Assembly: GCA_010405405.1 (NCBI GenBank)
Contig: MU004230.1
Span: 3,831,119-3,895,118 of the forward strand
Direction: 5' to 3'
Source of the DNA: Microthyrium microscopicum
Taxonomy: Eukaryota
Length of the DNA stretch: 64,000 nt
Below are positions 35,675 to 48,250 of this stretch, in pieces. The position numbers were made by a program, and so were the translations under genes. Numbering within the stretch: the stretch's first letter is position 1; each line of letters begins with the position of its first letter. Under the pieces are notes generated by a model. It did no database searches, was not told where the DNA came from, and saw only the letters and a program-made list of their open reading frames with translations.

Positions 35675-36892
35675 AGGATATCTCAATCTTTGATCTGAGG
35701 GTTGCTAGTCTGCCTCTGAATGTGTTAGACTACTAACAGAGGTGAATCTTATGCTGCTTCAAAATTCGTTGATATCCCGCACGTTGTTCATTGCCATTGG
35801 CATGTTGTGCCAGGAGCATAAGTGTTAGGTACTCTACCTTAGTAGGTACTGAATCAGAGCTCTTATAACTTCAATATTTGATTGTGTTGGGCAGTCCAAT
35901 CAGTGTTAGATATGTTTTCGAAGCCTAGCAAATTTGGACCGAAGGAACGCCAGAATTAACGCAGCGCTCGGGTCTTAGTGAATGCAGATATGTCACATAC
36001 GGGAGGTTATACACTAACTCACAAAACGTGTTTCCGTAGGACTCTCCCGGTGTACCCAAATTTCTTCTTCATACTGTGGTTAAATTCTCCTGCTGATAAC
36101 CTATAAGCATATCTGGCTGGTTTTGTCTCGCGATTCATTACCATCCCTTCCATACCTTTTTACTCATTAACAGTCTAGTATCATACTGGATAACATTTCA
36201 AGGCCATATTGCTCGGGAATGAACCTCAGAGGTCGGTGCATTGATGGACTCTTGTATAAGGATCTCTTTGTCTTTGTGCTCTTCCCTAAAGTAATGCGGT
36301 GTAACTAAACATTGGTAAACACTGCAAATCGCCCTGGCTAAAATGGCGAAGAGTACCTAGATAGACTTAAAACCGGTTCTCAGTATTTGCTATCGCGATT
36401 ATTAATGAAGTCTCACGGCCTGTGGAACTTGCACAATCTATAACTATGAATTATGATGTATGTAATTCCAACTACATACGAAAGCATCACATTGAAAGTT
36501 TTAAAGGCAGCTCAGTAGTCCGCATGCACGTGTTCATGATTAGAACTTAAGACACAAGTTCACAGAGGATCGACCTACAAGTTGAGGTTTATAACGGCCA
36601 TTTAGATTGGTAACGCAGTAATTTCGTCCGCTACCCTACTTTGGTTCATATTAAGCCTTACAAGCGTACCCTCTCATATTATTTACGGCTTCGAAAGTTG
36701 ATCATTGTGCTAGCTTATCCACTGGAGAACATGTCGGAGCAGTTGCTTAAAACCAAAGAGTGTCCCAGACTCGATGTGGCTAATATATGTCTTTCACACT
36801 TCCAGATCATAAGACAATCGACACTTGAGACGATTTCCGGTCGATTTACAAGATAAAAACGGACGATAGACTTGCCCTTGGGCATTAATCAC

Positions 36893-37693
36893 ATGATTTT
36901 ACCAAAAGCTCTAGTCTTTGCTGTCGCAGCTTGGGCAGCGCCAGCGTCCACTAAAGACGGACAGCAAGCATGCTCGCCACTTGAGATCGTAATTGGTATA
37001 TTCTATCTTCTACTTCAATCCTATCAACAGCCACTAATGCGAAATAGCGCGCGGCACCATCGAGCCTCAAGGCTACGGACTCCTAGGCGCAGGCTCAATG
37101 TTCGTCAGTGCCGTGCAAAGGCTCATCCCCGGTACCACAGCCTACGCAGTCGTCTACCCAGCATCATTTGGACCCAGCTCACCAGATATCGGCGTCAACG
37201 ACACGCTAAGATACTTCGACACGAGGCCCAAGGAATGCCCACAGCAGCTATATGTCATGTCTGGATACTCACAGGGCGGAGTCGTGATGCATAGGGCCGC
37301 AGTGAAGATGGACAAGAGCTTTTTGAAGAATCGAGTCGTGGCTGCGGTCACTATGGGAGATGGTGGGCAGTTAGCTACGAAAGAGAAACCATTGTATAGC
37401 TCTCCAGTTGGGCCTATTCCGGTTTGGCCCGCTGAGCTGGATGGTAGAATCAAGTTCAATTGCATGTCCGGGGATCCTGTAAGTTTTGCTGCCAATTCGA
37501 GAGACAGTGGGATTTGAAAAGCTAATTGGGTTAGGTATGTACTGGCAATAGTATCAATATCCTCGCGCATATATCGTATGCTCTTGGAAACTCCAGCGAG
37601 GACAGCGCAAAGTTCGTCAAGGAACAGTTGGACAAGATGAAAGGTGGAACAGCGAAATCATTTGTTTCAAGGCTCTGGACAAACCTTATGTAA
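36893..37693 (+). CDS. Secreted cutinase (CE5), 3 exons, about 230 aa
   Basis: Signal peptide, ARGT.EP, VYPA, GYSQG nucleophile motif, C..GDP|VC and H.SY. Introns 36996-37047 and 37479-37534. Confidence 0.92.
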
Positions 37694-38016
37694 TGCAGTC
37701 ATTGCGGGTGATTTACATGTTATGGCATCGTTGATATAGATGGTTTTATACAATTGATTATATATAGTACAGAATGGGTATCTGGTAAGGCAAATAGACC
37801 TTTCGTTATTGGCCGTGATATGCAGCTTCGATTTGTTTTCGTACTCCTCATTTGAGGAGGATGGTTAATATGGGTAATTGTGATGGGAGGAATTTTGTTG
37901 TGTGATATGACACTCATTGGAGTGCCGGCTGGTGGATTGAGTTACCTGTTAAGAAGATCAATCCTCTTCGCATGTATCTTTCATAGTGAATTTTAAACCT
38001 CTGACAATGAAAGATT

Positions 38017-41000
38017 TCATTGCCCGGATTTCCCGCCTCTCGAGCCTCGTCTTGAAGCTGAAGATCCTTTCAGCTGTCGTTTTGGATCGAGTTTGCTATC
38101 GAGCAGCGCTACCAATTTGTCCATATCTGAACCTTGAGCAGGTACCTCGACAGCAGGCGACTCAACAAAAGACGATTCTTCAGGCGGCGATGTATCCGGA
38201 TGTGGAGAAAGGCTAAGTTGCGGTAACACCTCGTCCATGTATGAATTGTTCTCAGGTGAGGCATCAAAAAGCGACTTTTCGTCCCCCTTAAGCAAGCTCT
38301 TTGGGAAGACAAACGTAGCCTGCTTTCGCTTTGACGAGTCGAATGGTTTTCGAAATGTATGCCCGTTAATCGAAGTTATGTGAGATAGATTCGGTAAAAT
38401 TGGATCGAACACTTTTTCCAGAACAGGTAGAGGCTTTTGTAGATCTTCTTGTAGTTGCCTCTTCCATCCAGCTCTCGGGTCAGTTTTGAGCGCTTGTATT
38501 AATGCCTCCAATGCCGAGACCTCGGATGACAGAGAGGTTTGTGATTCGGTCTGATTGCTCATGGCTACAGCGGATTCCATAATGAAATCGTTTTCCCAGC
38601 TAGAGTCATTTCCCAGGTCGTCACGCGCAAAGTCTGGCTTCTTTGCCAACATCTCGTCTGAATCTTCTATAGTGGATGTTTTGATTGCCATGGCATTTGT
38701 CTTGATATTTTGCTGCTCAGAATCTTCGAGCGCGAGGTCCATAACCACCTCAATCTCTTCGGTTTCAGCAAGGCCTGTTCCGTGCTCCGGCTCGTAACTA
38801 TTTTTCTCGACATTTCCGGCCACTGAACGGACTTGTCGCTTAGCGTTGTTTCCGGTTCTCGCGGTAGTCTCCAGATAATTCTCACCCTTTGAATCCCGCT
38901 GCGCAGTGGATGATTGCCGTGTTTTCATGATTTTCAGGACTTTTTCGACATCTGGAGTCTGCCCTGTTGCTGTTTGAATGGCTTTACTTGTCTGCTCAAG
39001 CTTTTGCAGCATAAAAGTGTCTTCTTCAGTCCATATTGGAAAAGCACGGTCCTCATCTTCCACGATTCTCGGCTCTGGCACATGTTCCCTAAGTTGAGCA
39101 ATAGTATCACGCATAACGGTTGGCAAAGCTGCAAGAGCATCTGGATTCCGTTGTGAGTCGGGATGTAGTTGTAACCAGCGCTCATATCGAGACTTTTTGA
39201 ATTTGTTCAAAGCTTCAGCTTTCAGGACGGCCCTGGCACTGAGAATCGCCATGGAAGAGGATCTCTTGGAGCTAGAGTGTGAAGTATCGAGAGTTTCGTT
39301 TGGAATATTGGACGAAGCACGAGTCATGTCGTCAACCCCAGGATGCGTGGCATCATGAAGCAGAATATTGACAACCTGCTGCTGGAATTTGCGAAGGGCC
39401 TTCCTCTCGTGTCTTTGGCGGTCACGGCAAACCATCTGCACCTGCTGCATGAAGCTTTCCATTTGTGCCACTCGAAATTGTGTGCTTGTATTTCTCGAGC
39501 GCTCTTGTTCAATCATGATGAGGCTTTCATTGTGTAGCGTCCATATGAAGATAGCATTGAGAGGTATACTCTTTTGAAAGATTGTCATCAAGGTCCATGT
39601 GATGCCTTCAAAGTTCAGGGTTCTACAATATGCTCTGAGAAAGAGAGTGTACTCATATATTGTGAAAGGCACTTCTTGTTGCCACTTCGAATTAAAAATC
39701 TCTACCAGGAGAGATACAGCCTCAGGAGAAGAGCCGGATCCGATGACTGTGAGCTTGTTGACAGCCCTTTTCAGAATTGTGTGAAGCAATTTTGGCTGTA
39801 CTGATACTTTGGAGTTGTACCACTTCAGAACCATTGCGCGAACATCCTTAGACAAAAGTTTTTGATCCGCCCAAAACTGGGTGCTTAAAAAAAGGAGCTG
39901 GGTCTGACGAGTATCAACACCCCGTTTGTCAGCAACTTTCCAAAACCTGTGCGCTCTTTCCAGGTCTTTCAGTTGCAAGCATGCCCTCACGGCTATCTGA
40001 AGGTGCTTAGCAGAAAATGTGCTTCCGCTCTGTAAAAGCTTTTCAAAGTCCTGTACAACTGATTTGATATCGCCTGAACTCGCATCAGCCTGCGCTCGGA
40101 TGAAATCTCCACGCATTGTTCTCGCATGTTCGATATGGAGCTCCAAAGAGTCCCTGGGTTGTGGTTGACTTCCGCGAAGCTCCACGTCAAACGTGTCCAT
40201 GATCAGGCTCTCATCTGTCTCGGTTTTGGCCGTAGAACGGGCAGCGACAGACTGAGCCATAGCGCCAAGAAGTTCGAGCCTTACTGTTGCTAGCCGTTTC
40301 AATGTGCTTGGCTTCCATTGCTGACCGAAGAGCGTGGGCCGAGTACGGTAGATATAGCGTTCCACGTAGCTTTTAGCAAGCGATAGCCCATACATGACTT
40401 CGCTCGTGAGACTTGGATTGATTAAACGTTCGTTGACTTGACACACTTTGGAAAAAAGGGAAAAGATCATGCTGCCGTGCAGATCTCGGGTTTCGTGTCG
40501 AGCTCGAACCTGTAGACTGATCAATGCCAGGGTTATGGTGTTTGGCCTCACACCGACATCAAAAGATTGTGCGGTAGACATCTTTATAACGTCATGCAGT
40601 GCTACAAGACACGACTGAGATCGCATTTCAAGTATACAACTTTTGACCAAGGCATCGAACGCACGTGGGCCGAAGAAGAAGCCATACTCCTCAATGCATG
40701 TGCTGATACATGGGATGACTTCGTCAGGCGTGCAAGTGTTAACAAGAGCATATAACACTGCTGAGAAATCAAGCTTGGCCTTGGGTGCGGGTCCGGTAGG
40801 CAGACAGCCCTCCACTCGCAATTGAGACAAGGCTGAGAGCACCATTTCCGGTTGCTGATTCCAAGCAAAAGCCCTCATGAGCATACACATCAATCTCCAC
40901 GAACGATGCTGCTCAGGGTGAGATGTAAAAATGTCCTGAGCAACGGCAGCTGCGTCCGCGAAACGATTTTCGGAACAGAGTGCCTGTAATACGGCTTCTT

Positions 41001-42885
41001 TGAACTCGACCAAGCTGTTTGGCGAGTGACGATCCGGCTGGATTGTACTTTGGTATATTGCGGTTATCTCTTGAAGGCTACGGCCTGCGGCCACAAGCAG
41101 TTGCACGAGCTTCTGCCGCAAAAGGATATCAACAGATGCAAATTTGGTACCAAGCGTGGAGCGCTCACGTATCAACAATAATATGTCTGGCTCATCCAAG
41201 TTTTTGCAAATTACATGAAGAAACCGCATTACATTTGCCTCTGAGTTTGCTGAATCTTGTACAAATTTCTGTCCAAGCTGAAGGAAAGCCTTGTTCTTGA
41301 ATTGAGGTGATGTCTTTTGGAGAAATGCACCCATTCGATGCGGATCCACAGACGTTGCTTCTTCGCCGTCCAGAGACAGATATGCATTCAAAACTGTCTG
41401 TGCTTCACCAGTAACTGCTGGATCGAAAAATTCCGGGGTATGCAAGATTTGTTGGTGAATCCTGGCCACTACTTCAAACCTCGCTTGCGCAATTGCAGTT
41501 TCCAAAAGAACACATAACAAACGAGCTCCACTGAGCGGTCTTGCCATCTGAGTGAGTGCAAGTGATATTTGATCGAAATCCTCGTCAAGCAGGGGATGTT
41601 GAGGATTCTTCAGAATAGACGAGAACAACGATTCAATGCGATTCGACTGGCCATTCTCTATGAAATATGGGACGAACGAGGGAATCAGATGTGGAAATCG
41701 TAGGATGACAGCGTTCGATATAATTCTGACAAATTCATCGCTGCCCTTTGCATTTGAGAGGTGTAAAGCTTTTTGAAGGTTGGGCGGGTTCAGTCTGGCG
41801 AAAGAAGAACGTATTACAGCGATGATTCTTGCTTTTATCGGTACGCTGTTAGTCTGCTCCAGTATTTTTATGGCCGATTTGAACACAACCGCATAATCAT
41901 CTGCCTGGTGTATGATTGTGGGAAATTTCTCATGAAATTCAAGAATCGCAACAAATGCATGCTTCTCATAAAGAAAGGACAAAAATCCGCGAACTCCAAG
42001 TCGGTTTTCGACAAGCAGCTCGTGACACTCAGTCAAGTAGTGCAGAAATTCTGTAGTTCCAGGTGAGGCCGACACAAGACGGACCAAGAGTGGAGTATAT
42101 GGGTCGACAAAACGGATTGAAAATGAAGATTGTGGGTCCTCTACAGTCGAGGTATCATGTTCAGAGACCGGCGCTTGTGAGCGTAACGCTGTTACAAACG
42201 ATGGTCCAGTTGACGGAAGAAAGCTGGCGGCTGCACTGTATGCCTTCGATAGTCGCAAACTGGATTTTGTTCGCCTCTCCATAGTATGAAGCCTACACCA
42301 ATGTTGCGCAGGATTCCCTGTCATCTTACTCGATGATGAGCTAGAGAACGTGCGAGTCCCATGTTTATAGTATAAGTTTGAGTAAGCAGATCTTCTCAGG
42401 CAAGAAAATGTGGAGATGACCTTGCTGTCGATGGTCGGCAAAGTCGCTACACCCATCGTAGCTTGAGGCAGATCCAATCCTTCATCGTCACCCCTTTGCT
42501 CTTGGACAAGGCTATGTTGTTGCCCTCTAGGTATAGGTATTATACGGTACTTTCGTCCGTTGTGATGAGATGGAGTCCGTAGGGGTGGATCTTCAACGAG
42601 CTCGAGTTTGACCAGCCCGCGCCTCTCAAGGTCTTTGATTTGCTGCTCAAAAGTTCGGATGCGCATTCGTTCGATTGAGTCGTCGGATATGCCATGTTCG
42701 CGAAGTGCAGCTGCAAATCGCTTCCTGTTATTGAGAACTGGCTGTTGCAGGCGATGAATTTGACGAATCTGGTCCTGAAGAAGGTAGACTACCGCACTCG
42801 ACGCGGTCCCGACAGATCCATAGAGCAAAACCTGCCCGACCAGGCGCAGCCGCGATTGAAAAACGGCTGGAGATTTACTGGGCAT
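38017..42885 (-). CDS. Large alpha-helical repeat protein, probable mitochondrial PPR-like protein (about 1620 aa)
   Basis: Uninterrupted 4.9-kb ORF. N-terminal basic plus hydrophobic segment typical of a fungal PPR family. Degenerate PPR-like units (LMCMLMRAFAW, FDALVKSCI, YTLFLRAYC) and an acidic disordered tail. Confidence 0.65.
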   Translation of the reverse strand: MPSKSPAVFQSRLRLVGQVLLYGSVGTASSAVVYLLQDQIRQIHRLQQPVLNNRKRFAAALREHGISDDSIERMRIRTFEQQIKDLERRGLVKLELVEDPPLRTPSHHNGRKYRIIPIPRGQQHSLVQEQRGDDEGLDLPQATMGVATLPTIDSKVISTFSCLRRSAYSNLYYKHGTRTFSSSSSSKMTGNPAQHWCRLHTMERRTKSSLRLSKAYSAAASFLPSTGPSFVTALRSQAPVSEHDTSTVEDPQSSFSIRFVDPYTPLLVRLVSASPGTTEFLHYLTECHELLVENRLGVRGFLSFLYEKHAFVAILEFHEKFPTIIHQADDYAVVFKSAIKILEQTNSVPIKARIIAVIRSSFARLNPPNLQKALHLSNAKGSDEFVRIISNAVILRFPHLIPSFVPYFIENGQSNRIESLFSSILKNPQHPLLDEDFDQISLALTQMARPLSGARLLCVLLETAIAQARFEVVARIHQQILHTPEFFDPAVTGEAQTVLNAYLSLDGEEATSVDPHRMGAFLQKTSPQFKNKAFLQLGQKFVQDSANSEANVMRFLHVICKNLDEPDILLLIRERSTLGTKFASVDILLRQKLVQLLVAAGRSLQEITAIYQSTIQPDRHSPNSLVEFKEAVLQALCSENRFADAAAVAQDIFTSHPEQHRSWRLMCMLMRAFAWNQQPEMVLSALSQLRVEGCLPTGPAPKAKLDFSAVLYALVNTCTPDEVIPCISTCIEEYGFFFGPRAFDALVKSCILEMRSQSCLVALHDVIKMSTAQSFDVGVRPNTITLALISLQVRARHETRDLHGSMIFSLFSKVCQVNERLINPSLTSEVMYGLSLAKSYVERYIYRTRPTLFGQQWKPSTLKRLATVRLELLGAMAQSVAARSTAKTETDESLIMDTFDVELRGSQPQPRDSLELHIEHARTMRGDFIRAQADASSGDIKSVVQDFEKLLQSGSTFSAKHLQIAVRACLQLKDLERAHRFWKVADKRGVDTRQTQLLFLSTQFWADQKLLSKDVRAMVLKWYNSKVSVQPKLLHTILKRAVNKLTVIGSGSSPEAVSLLVEIFNSKWQQEVPFTIYEYTLFLRAYCRTLNFEGITWTLMTIFQKSIPLNAIFIWTLHNESLIMIEQERSRNTSTQFRVAQMESFMQQVQMVCRDRQRHERKALRKFQQQVVNILLHDATHPGVDDMTRASSNIPNETLDTSHSSSKRSSSMAILSARAVLKAEALNKFKKSRYERWLQLHPDSQRNPDALAALPTVMRDTIAQLREHVPEPRIVEDEDRAFPIWTEEDTFMLQKLEQTSKAIQTATGQTPDVEKVLKIMKTRQSSTAQRDSKGENYLETTARTGNNAKRQVRSVAGNVEKNSYEPEHGTGLAETEEIEVVMDLALEDSEQQNIKTNAMAIKTSTIEDSDEMLAKKPDFARDDLGNDSSWENDFIMESAVAMSNQTESQTSLSSEVSALEALIQALKTDPRAGWKRQLQEDLQKPLPVLEKVFDPILPNLSHITSINGHTFRKPFDSSKRKQATFVFPKSLLKGDEKSLFDASPENNSYMDEVLPQLSLSPHPDTSPPEESSFVESPAVEVPAQGSDMDKLVALLDSKLDPKRQLKGSSASRRGSRGGKSGQ

Positions 42886-43202
42886 CCCCAAGGAGGATCG
42901 TGCATCTTGGTTGCTAATAGGAAAGCAGACTCGAAGTTGTCCAGACTTGACAGGAAAAGAGCGACATGCCGACGAGAGACAGGGCGATTGTTGTGAAAAG
43001 GAAGGTCGATTGGAAAAGTCCGAATCTTGGCGATCTGATGTATGTCTACCACTGGAAGTACTTCATGAGCACTCGATTTCTTTGAGAAGAACCAATTTGA
43101 GAATAAAGTTTGAGAGCAGTAGAAAGTCGGTCCGAGCCTTGTGGCAGTTATCGGCCCGAACTTGGCTGGTCAGTGCGTCAAGATCATGAACTTTTTCTCC
43201 CA

Positions 43203-43955
43203 ATGTCAATCAATGCCTTCGAACCGCGTAGATTGCAACACCAGAGCATCTATCACACAATGTCAGGGCCCCGGATACAATGCCGATATCAATCAACATT
43301 TAGAAGACTCACACGGTCCACTGCCATGGCAGGCGCACCATCCTTACGATCCTCCAAAGTCGCCTCTGGTCCGGAAACCTCTCACATAATATTCAATCCA
43401 CCTCCTTCGACACCAAATGTCCATCACACGCCGCTCAAGTTCCTACCTCCTAATGATCCTCGAAGAAAACTATACGAATCGGGTCCCTCGTTATACAATC
43501 TACCCTCAGACATAAACTCCCCTATTCCACGCAGAAACTCCCAGTCCAAAGTCGAGAACGTTGCGACATCAACAGTCATGTCAACTCCAGGAACAGCATT
43601 ACGCGAGGTTGCGTTCTCATTTCCAGCTGGACTCGCGCAGCGCGTACCACAAAATTCAAGGCTGCCACCACCAGTGCGGAAACAATGGAGCTACGAGAAG
43701 GAATTGACACAAGAAGAAGTGGAGGAAGTACGACGGTTACGGCGAGATGATCCTGATAACAACTCGGTCAACCACTTGGCGTATAAATTTGGATGCTCAG
43801 ACAAACTCGTCAAAGCTATTCAGTCAGCTCCTTTGAGAATCAAGGCTGCCCACATAGAACGGCGAGAAGCTGCTATGAATAGTTGGGGACCAAAGAAGAG
43901 GAAGGCATGGGAAGATCTTCAAAGGAGGAAGGAGTTGTGGGCTCGGGATGCTTAA
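43203..43955 (+). CDS. MRPL20: Mitochondrial large ribosomal subunit protein mL58 (MRP-L20 family)
   Basis: HIIFNPPPSTPNVHHTPLKFLPPNDPRR, ELTQEEVEEVRRLRRDDP...LAYKFGCS and WGPKKRKA...RRKELW. The start could alternatively be ATG 43260. Confidence 0.85.
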   Translation: MSINAFEPRRLQHQSIYHTMSGPRIQCRYQSTFRRLTRSTAMAGAPSLRSSKVASGPETSHIIFNPPPSTPNVHHTPLKFLPPNDPRRKLYESGPSLYNLPSDINSPIPRRNSQSKVENVATSTVMSTPGTALREVAFSFPAGLAQRVPQNSRLPPPVRKQWSYEKELTQEEVEEVRRLRRDDPDNNSVNHLAYKFGCSDKLVKAIQSAPLRIKAAHIERREAAMNSWGPKKRKAWEDLQRRKELWARDA

Positions 43956-44489
43956 TGAACGATACCTTCATAGCAGATTTCAGCATTTTCACATGTACTT
44001 ATACAGCCTTTACTCGACGGCGATTACACTGTACAAAATCAATATTTGCCAGCGTTCAGCGACTTCAATCTACCAAGTGTTTCCGGGCCTTCAAAACCCG
44101 AACATATAAGCCTGTATCGCGAAACAGGCACTTTTCATTCCGCTTTTACGGCATTGCTTAGGTTGGAGTCATACAGAAGAATCAATTTAGAAGAACTAAA
44201 AACTGTACTCAGATTTAACAATATTGAAGAGGGACAAAATCGATAATGGCCGAGAGCTCTAATGGACTCGACACGCTCTTACATGGATCAACCAGTCTAG
44301 GATCAAACACCACACTCGCAACCGCGCAATCCCCTCCCCCACCACTTCATGTTCCTCCACCGTCACCATTCAATTCCTGCCTCTCGTCTCTTCTTACAAT
44401 CAGCCAAATTACAGAGAAGCTTCAATTCCTTAACCTCTTTGTCTAGCAAAAAGCCTGTCTGGCCCTACCTTTACAGCTCCAAGCGCATC

Positions 44490-45983
44490 ATGGCTCCCCA
44501 GCTGGACTCGTACTTTAAACAGGTCGACAGTCTGTCTGACCATTTTATCGAGCGGCTCCGAAAAGCCGTTGCTATACCTTCCGTATCGTCCGAGGATGAG
44601 CGAAGGCCAGATGTAGTCAAGGTAAGAGCTCCAAGTCTAGCTGTCATACCTTTGGCTTCATGCTAAAGCTCCTACCAGATGGGCGAATTCCTCGCCGAGC
44701 AGCTCAAAGCTCTTGGTGCTTCTGTTGAGCTCCGTCCTCTCGGGAAACAGCCGCACAAGGAACATCTCGACCTACCGCCCGTCGTCATAGCTCGATACGG
44801 CAGCGACTCCAACAAGCGCACGATTCTAGTCTACGGTCACTACGATGTTCAGCCAGCTCTGAAGGAAGATGGGTGGGCAACGGATCCTTTCACTCTTACC
44901 GTGGATGACAAAGATCGCATGTATGGACGTGGATCGACAGACGACAAGGGCCCGGTCTTAGGATGGCTTAACGCTATCGAGGCACATCAAAAAGCAGGTG
45001 TCGACTTTCCGGTCAACTTGCTCATGTGTTTCGAGGGCATGGAAGAGTATGGCAGTGAAGGCCTAGATGATTTCATCAAGGACGAAGCAGACAAATACTT
45101 CAAAGATGCGGACGCTGTCTGCATCTCGGACAACTACTGGCTAGGCACAGAGAAGCCATGCCTGACATATGGCCTTCGGGGCTGCAACTACTACTCCATC
45201 GAGGTATCTGGACCAGGCCAAGATCTACACAGCGGTGTATTTGGTGGTACTGCACACGAGCCTATGACCGACTTGGTCCGCGTCATGAGTACTTTGGTGG
45301 ACTCTTCAGGGAAAATACTTATCCCAGGTATCGCTGAGCTAGTTGCACCGTTGACAGACGAGGAGAAGTCGCTCTATGGCGACATCGCGTTTACCATGGA
45401 CAACCTATACGAGTCTCTTGGAAGCCAAACCTCCCTCTTCGACAACAAAGAGCGCACACTCATGGGCCGCTGGCGATACCCATCGCTCTCCATCCACGGC
45501 ATTGAAGGAGCATACAGCGCCCCTGGAGCAAAGACTGTGATACCAGCCAAGGTCATTGGCAAGGTCTCCATCCGAACCGTACCAAATATGGAAAGCGCCG
45601 ATGTCAACAAGCTGGTATACGACCACGTGAACGGTGAATTCGCTAAGCTCAAGTCCAAGAACAAGCTCACAGTGTCTTGTCAGCATGACGGCAAGTGGTG
45701 GGTGGCTAGCCCCAAGCACTGGAATTTTACAGCAGCTGGCAAGGCTGTTGAGCATGTTTGGGGCGTGAAGCCGGATCTGACCCGTGAAGGTGGCAGTATT
45801 CCAGTAACTTTGACGTTTGAGCAGGCGACTGGCAAGAATGTTCTGCTGCTGCCGATGGGTAGTAGTACTGATGCTGCGCATAGTATCAATGAGAAGCTGG
45901 ATAAGAAGAACTATATCGAAGGTATCAAGCTACTCGGAGCCTATCTGCACTATGTTGCCGAGGAGCCCATGAAGGAAGGATGA
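44490..45983 (+). CDS. DUG1: Cys-Gly metallodipeptidase (M20A), 2 exons, 478 aa
   Basis: MAPQLD...AVAIPSVS, intron 44622-44678, YGHYDVQPA, GRGSTDDKGP, EGMEEYGS, DLHSGVFGG, REGGSIP and AHSINEK. Confidence 0.95.
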
Positions 45984-46209
45984 TTATAGCGAATATTCCA
46001 CAGCTACAGACCAATCAGCATATAGCAAATCAAAAAATCATGAGCATCAATCATCGGGCGTTGAAAGTCATATCGACTCAAAACCATCTCCCCCTAGACT
46101 CACAGTCAGAATATGATACAGACTGTGGTGTATTATCACTCTTCATTACTTTATCATTTATTACAAGCACGCTAACAGCGCTCCAAGAGTTTTCGTCTCC
46201 TCACCCACC

Positions 46210-48250
46210 TCACGCAGCCACCTGCGCACCAGTCACATGTCCAGCCTTATGCTCCTCCGCCGAATTAATACTCTCCTCATAATCAGCCGCAATGTGATCA
46301 TCCATATACTTCTTGATATCGCCCAAGAACAGACTAGCAATGATCGCAACACCACCAAACGCAATACTGACATAGTACACATATGGATACGATTTCGCAT
46401 ACGCTTCTTGGCCAGCAACCACGATAGATTCCCACGCAGCGTCTGTCTTGACACCAGGAACTTCGCGGATTGCATCGACGAGACCAGCGGCGGTCAAGTT
46501 GATGATCTCGGCAATTGTAGCTTTGTCAATAATGCCGGCTTTGAAGCAAGCGATTCCGACCAAGTTGATGGCGTTGGCTTTGAATTTCTCGGAGAACACG
46601 TTGTAGTAGATCGAGTAACCGATGGCTCCGCCAAGGACGCGGATGGCGAGCGTAAGAGCTGTTACTGTGGCGATGAGTTCGTCGGGGCAGATTATGGCTG
46701 TTATGACGGAGGCTGGGACGACGATGCCGCCGATGCCGAGACCGGCGATGATTAGGAGGAGGTAGCTGAGCCAGACGTTGCTGGTGTTGAGAGCTGCCAT
46801 GGCACCGGTACCTAAATTATGGTTAGTGATTGAGAAACTTTTGGATAGTAGGGGTTGAACATACCGGCTGTCATGAAGATGCACGAAATAAGCATGAGTT
46901 CCCGAATGCGGCCTCGAGTGAAGCTGAGAGCGACAAGAATGATACAGGCACCGGCCATGATTGGGAAGCCGAGGGCCAGGTTGCGAATGCCGACTTGCCA
47001 GTGGTCATGGCCGTACTCGTTGTATGACTGTGTGGGCCAGAAGAGAATCAGAGCAAAGAACTGACTGCCTATTGACGGGTTAGTCATTTCCAAATGCGCT
47101 TGAGCTTGATACTGACCAGACACGAATGTAATAAACAGTGTAAGGAGCAGAATTCTGGGCTCCTTTGCGATCGATCCTGGAAACATGGGATATCGAGCGA
47201 ACTTCCACTCGTATACGGCAAATGCAATGCACATGACGATTCCGATGACAAGAGGAGCAACCACATGGGCGCTGCCCCAGGCATATTGATAGCCACCCCA
47301 TTGCACTGCGGCCATGAAAAGAAGGAGACCACCAAGCAAGAGGAAGCCTCCGATAAAGTCGACTCGGCGCAAAACCTCCTTGCGACTCAGACCAACTGTA
47401 ACATGGCGAGGCGGTGGGTGGTAGAAGAGTGCAACGAGCACCAATCCTAGGAAGGAAATTATACCACAGATTAGACCGATATATCTCCAAGAGCCGTAGT
47501 ATGAGATTTGCTGCGCCCAAAAGACTGATGGACAGAATGGGAGAATGGTGAAGGTGAGGATAGCAACATAGAGACCACGCTTTCTTGTGGGAGCCAATTC
47601 AGAAGTGACGGCAATGGCTGTCAGTTCGCAAAGACCGGCGCCAGCTCCACAAAGACACATGCCAGCGATGAAGGTATTCATGGTATGGGCTGTAGCTGTG
47701 ACGATACTGCCAATGATGATAAGAGTAGCCCCGCCCATGGCAGTGTATCGTCTTCCAAAAAGATCGCTCACACTTCCGACAAAAGGGGTCACTGCGCCGA
47801 GGGAGAAGAGATATCCTAGAATGAACCTGGATATGTTAGTGAATTTGAAATCTTGGTAGGTGTTCTTCCGATGGATAGTTGTATATGATTGATGTTCAAA
47901 TTCCCACAAGGCAATGGACGATGGGACTGCAAAATCCCTTGTCCATTGACATTTGGCGAAAAGCCCAACATACGTGAGAGAGTTTAGGCGGGTTAAACGT
48001 ACCATGTCCATCGATCGACTCCGCCAATGTCACCATAAATATACGGTGGGACACCACCATACAGATAGGCTGGAACCTGACTGCCAACCCAGAGAAGGGC
48101 CATTGCGACGAGGGCCATTATCTTGTGGAAAGTCATCTTCTCGTGAGGTTCATGATGTGCCAATCCTTCGACATCGTGGTCTCTATTTCGCGACATGTCG
48201 CTATCGACAGGAGCCACAGGGTGGACTTTTTCATCAGCAAGGGTCGCCAT
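46210..48250 (-). CDS. MFS multidrug transporter, TRI12 (fungal trichothecene efflux)-like, 4 exons, about 587 aa
   Basis: Exons 48250-48003, 47826-47117, 47068-46865 and 46811-46210. Motifs WVGSQVP.YLYG, GSVSDLFGRRY, FYHPPPR, DFIGG, WGGYQYAW, RVLGGAIG and VYYVSIAFG. Confidence 0.9.

Noticed and set aside
36030..36040. GTTTCCGTAGG, resembling the 3' end of 18S rRNA
   Set aside because: Only about 11 nt match; flanks are not rDNA.
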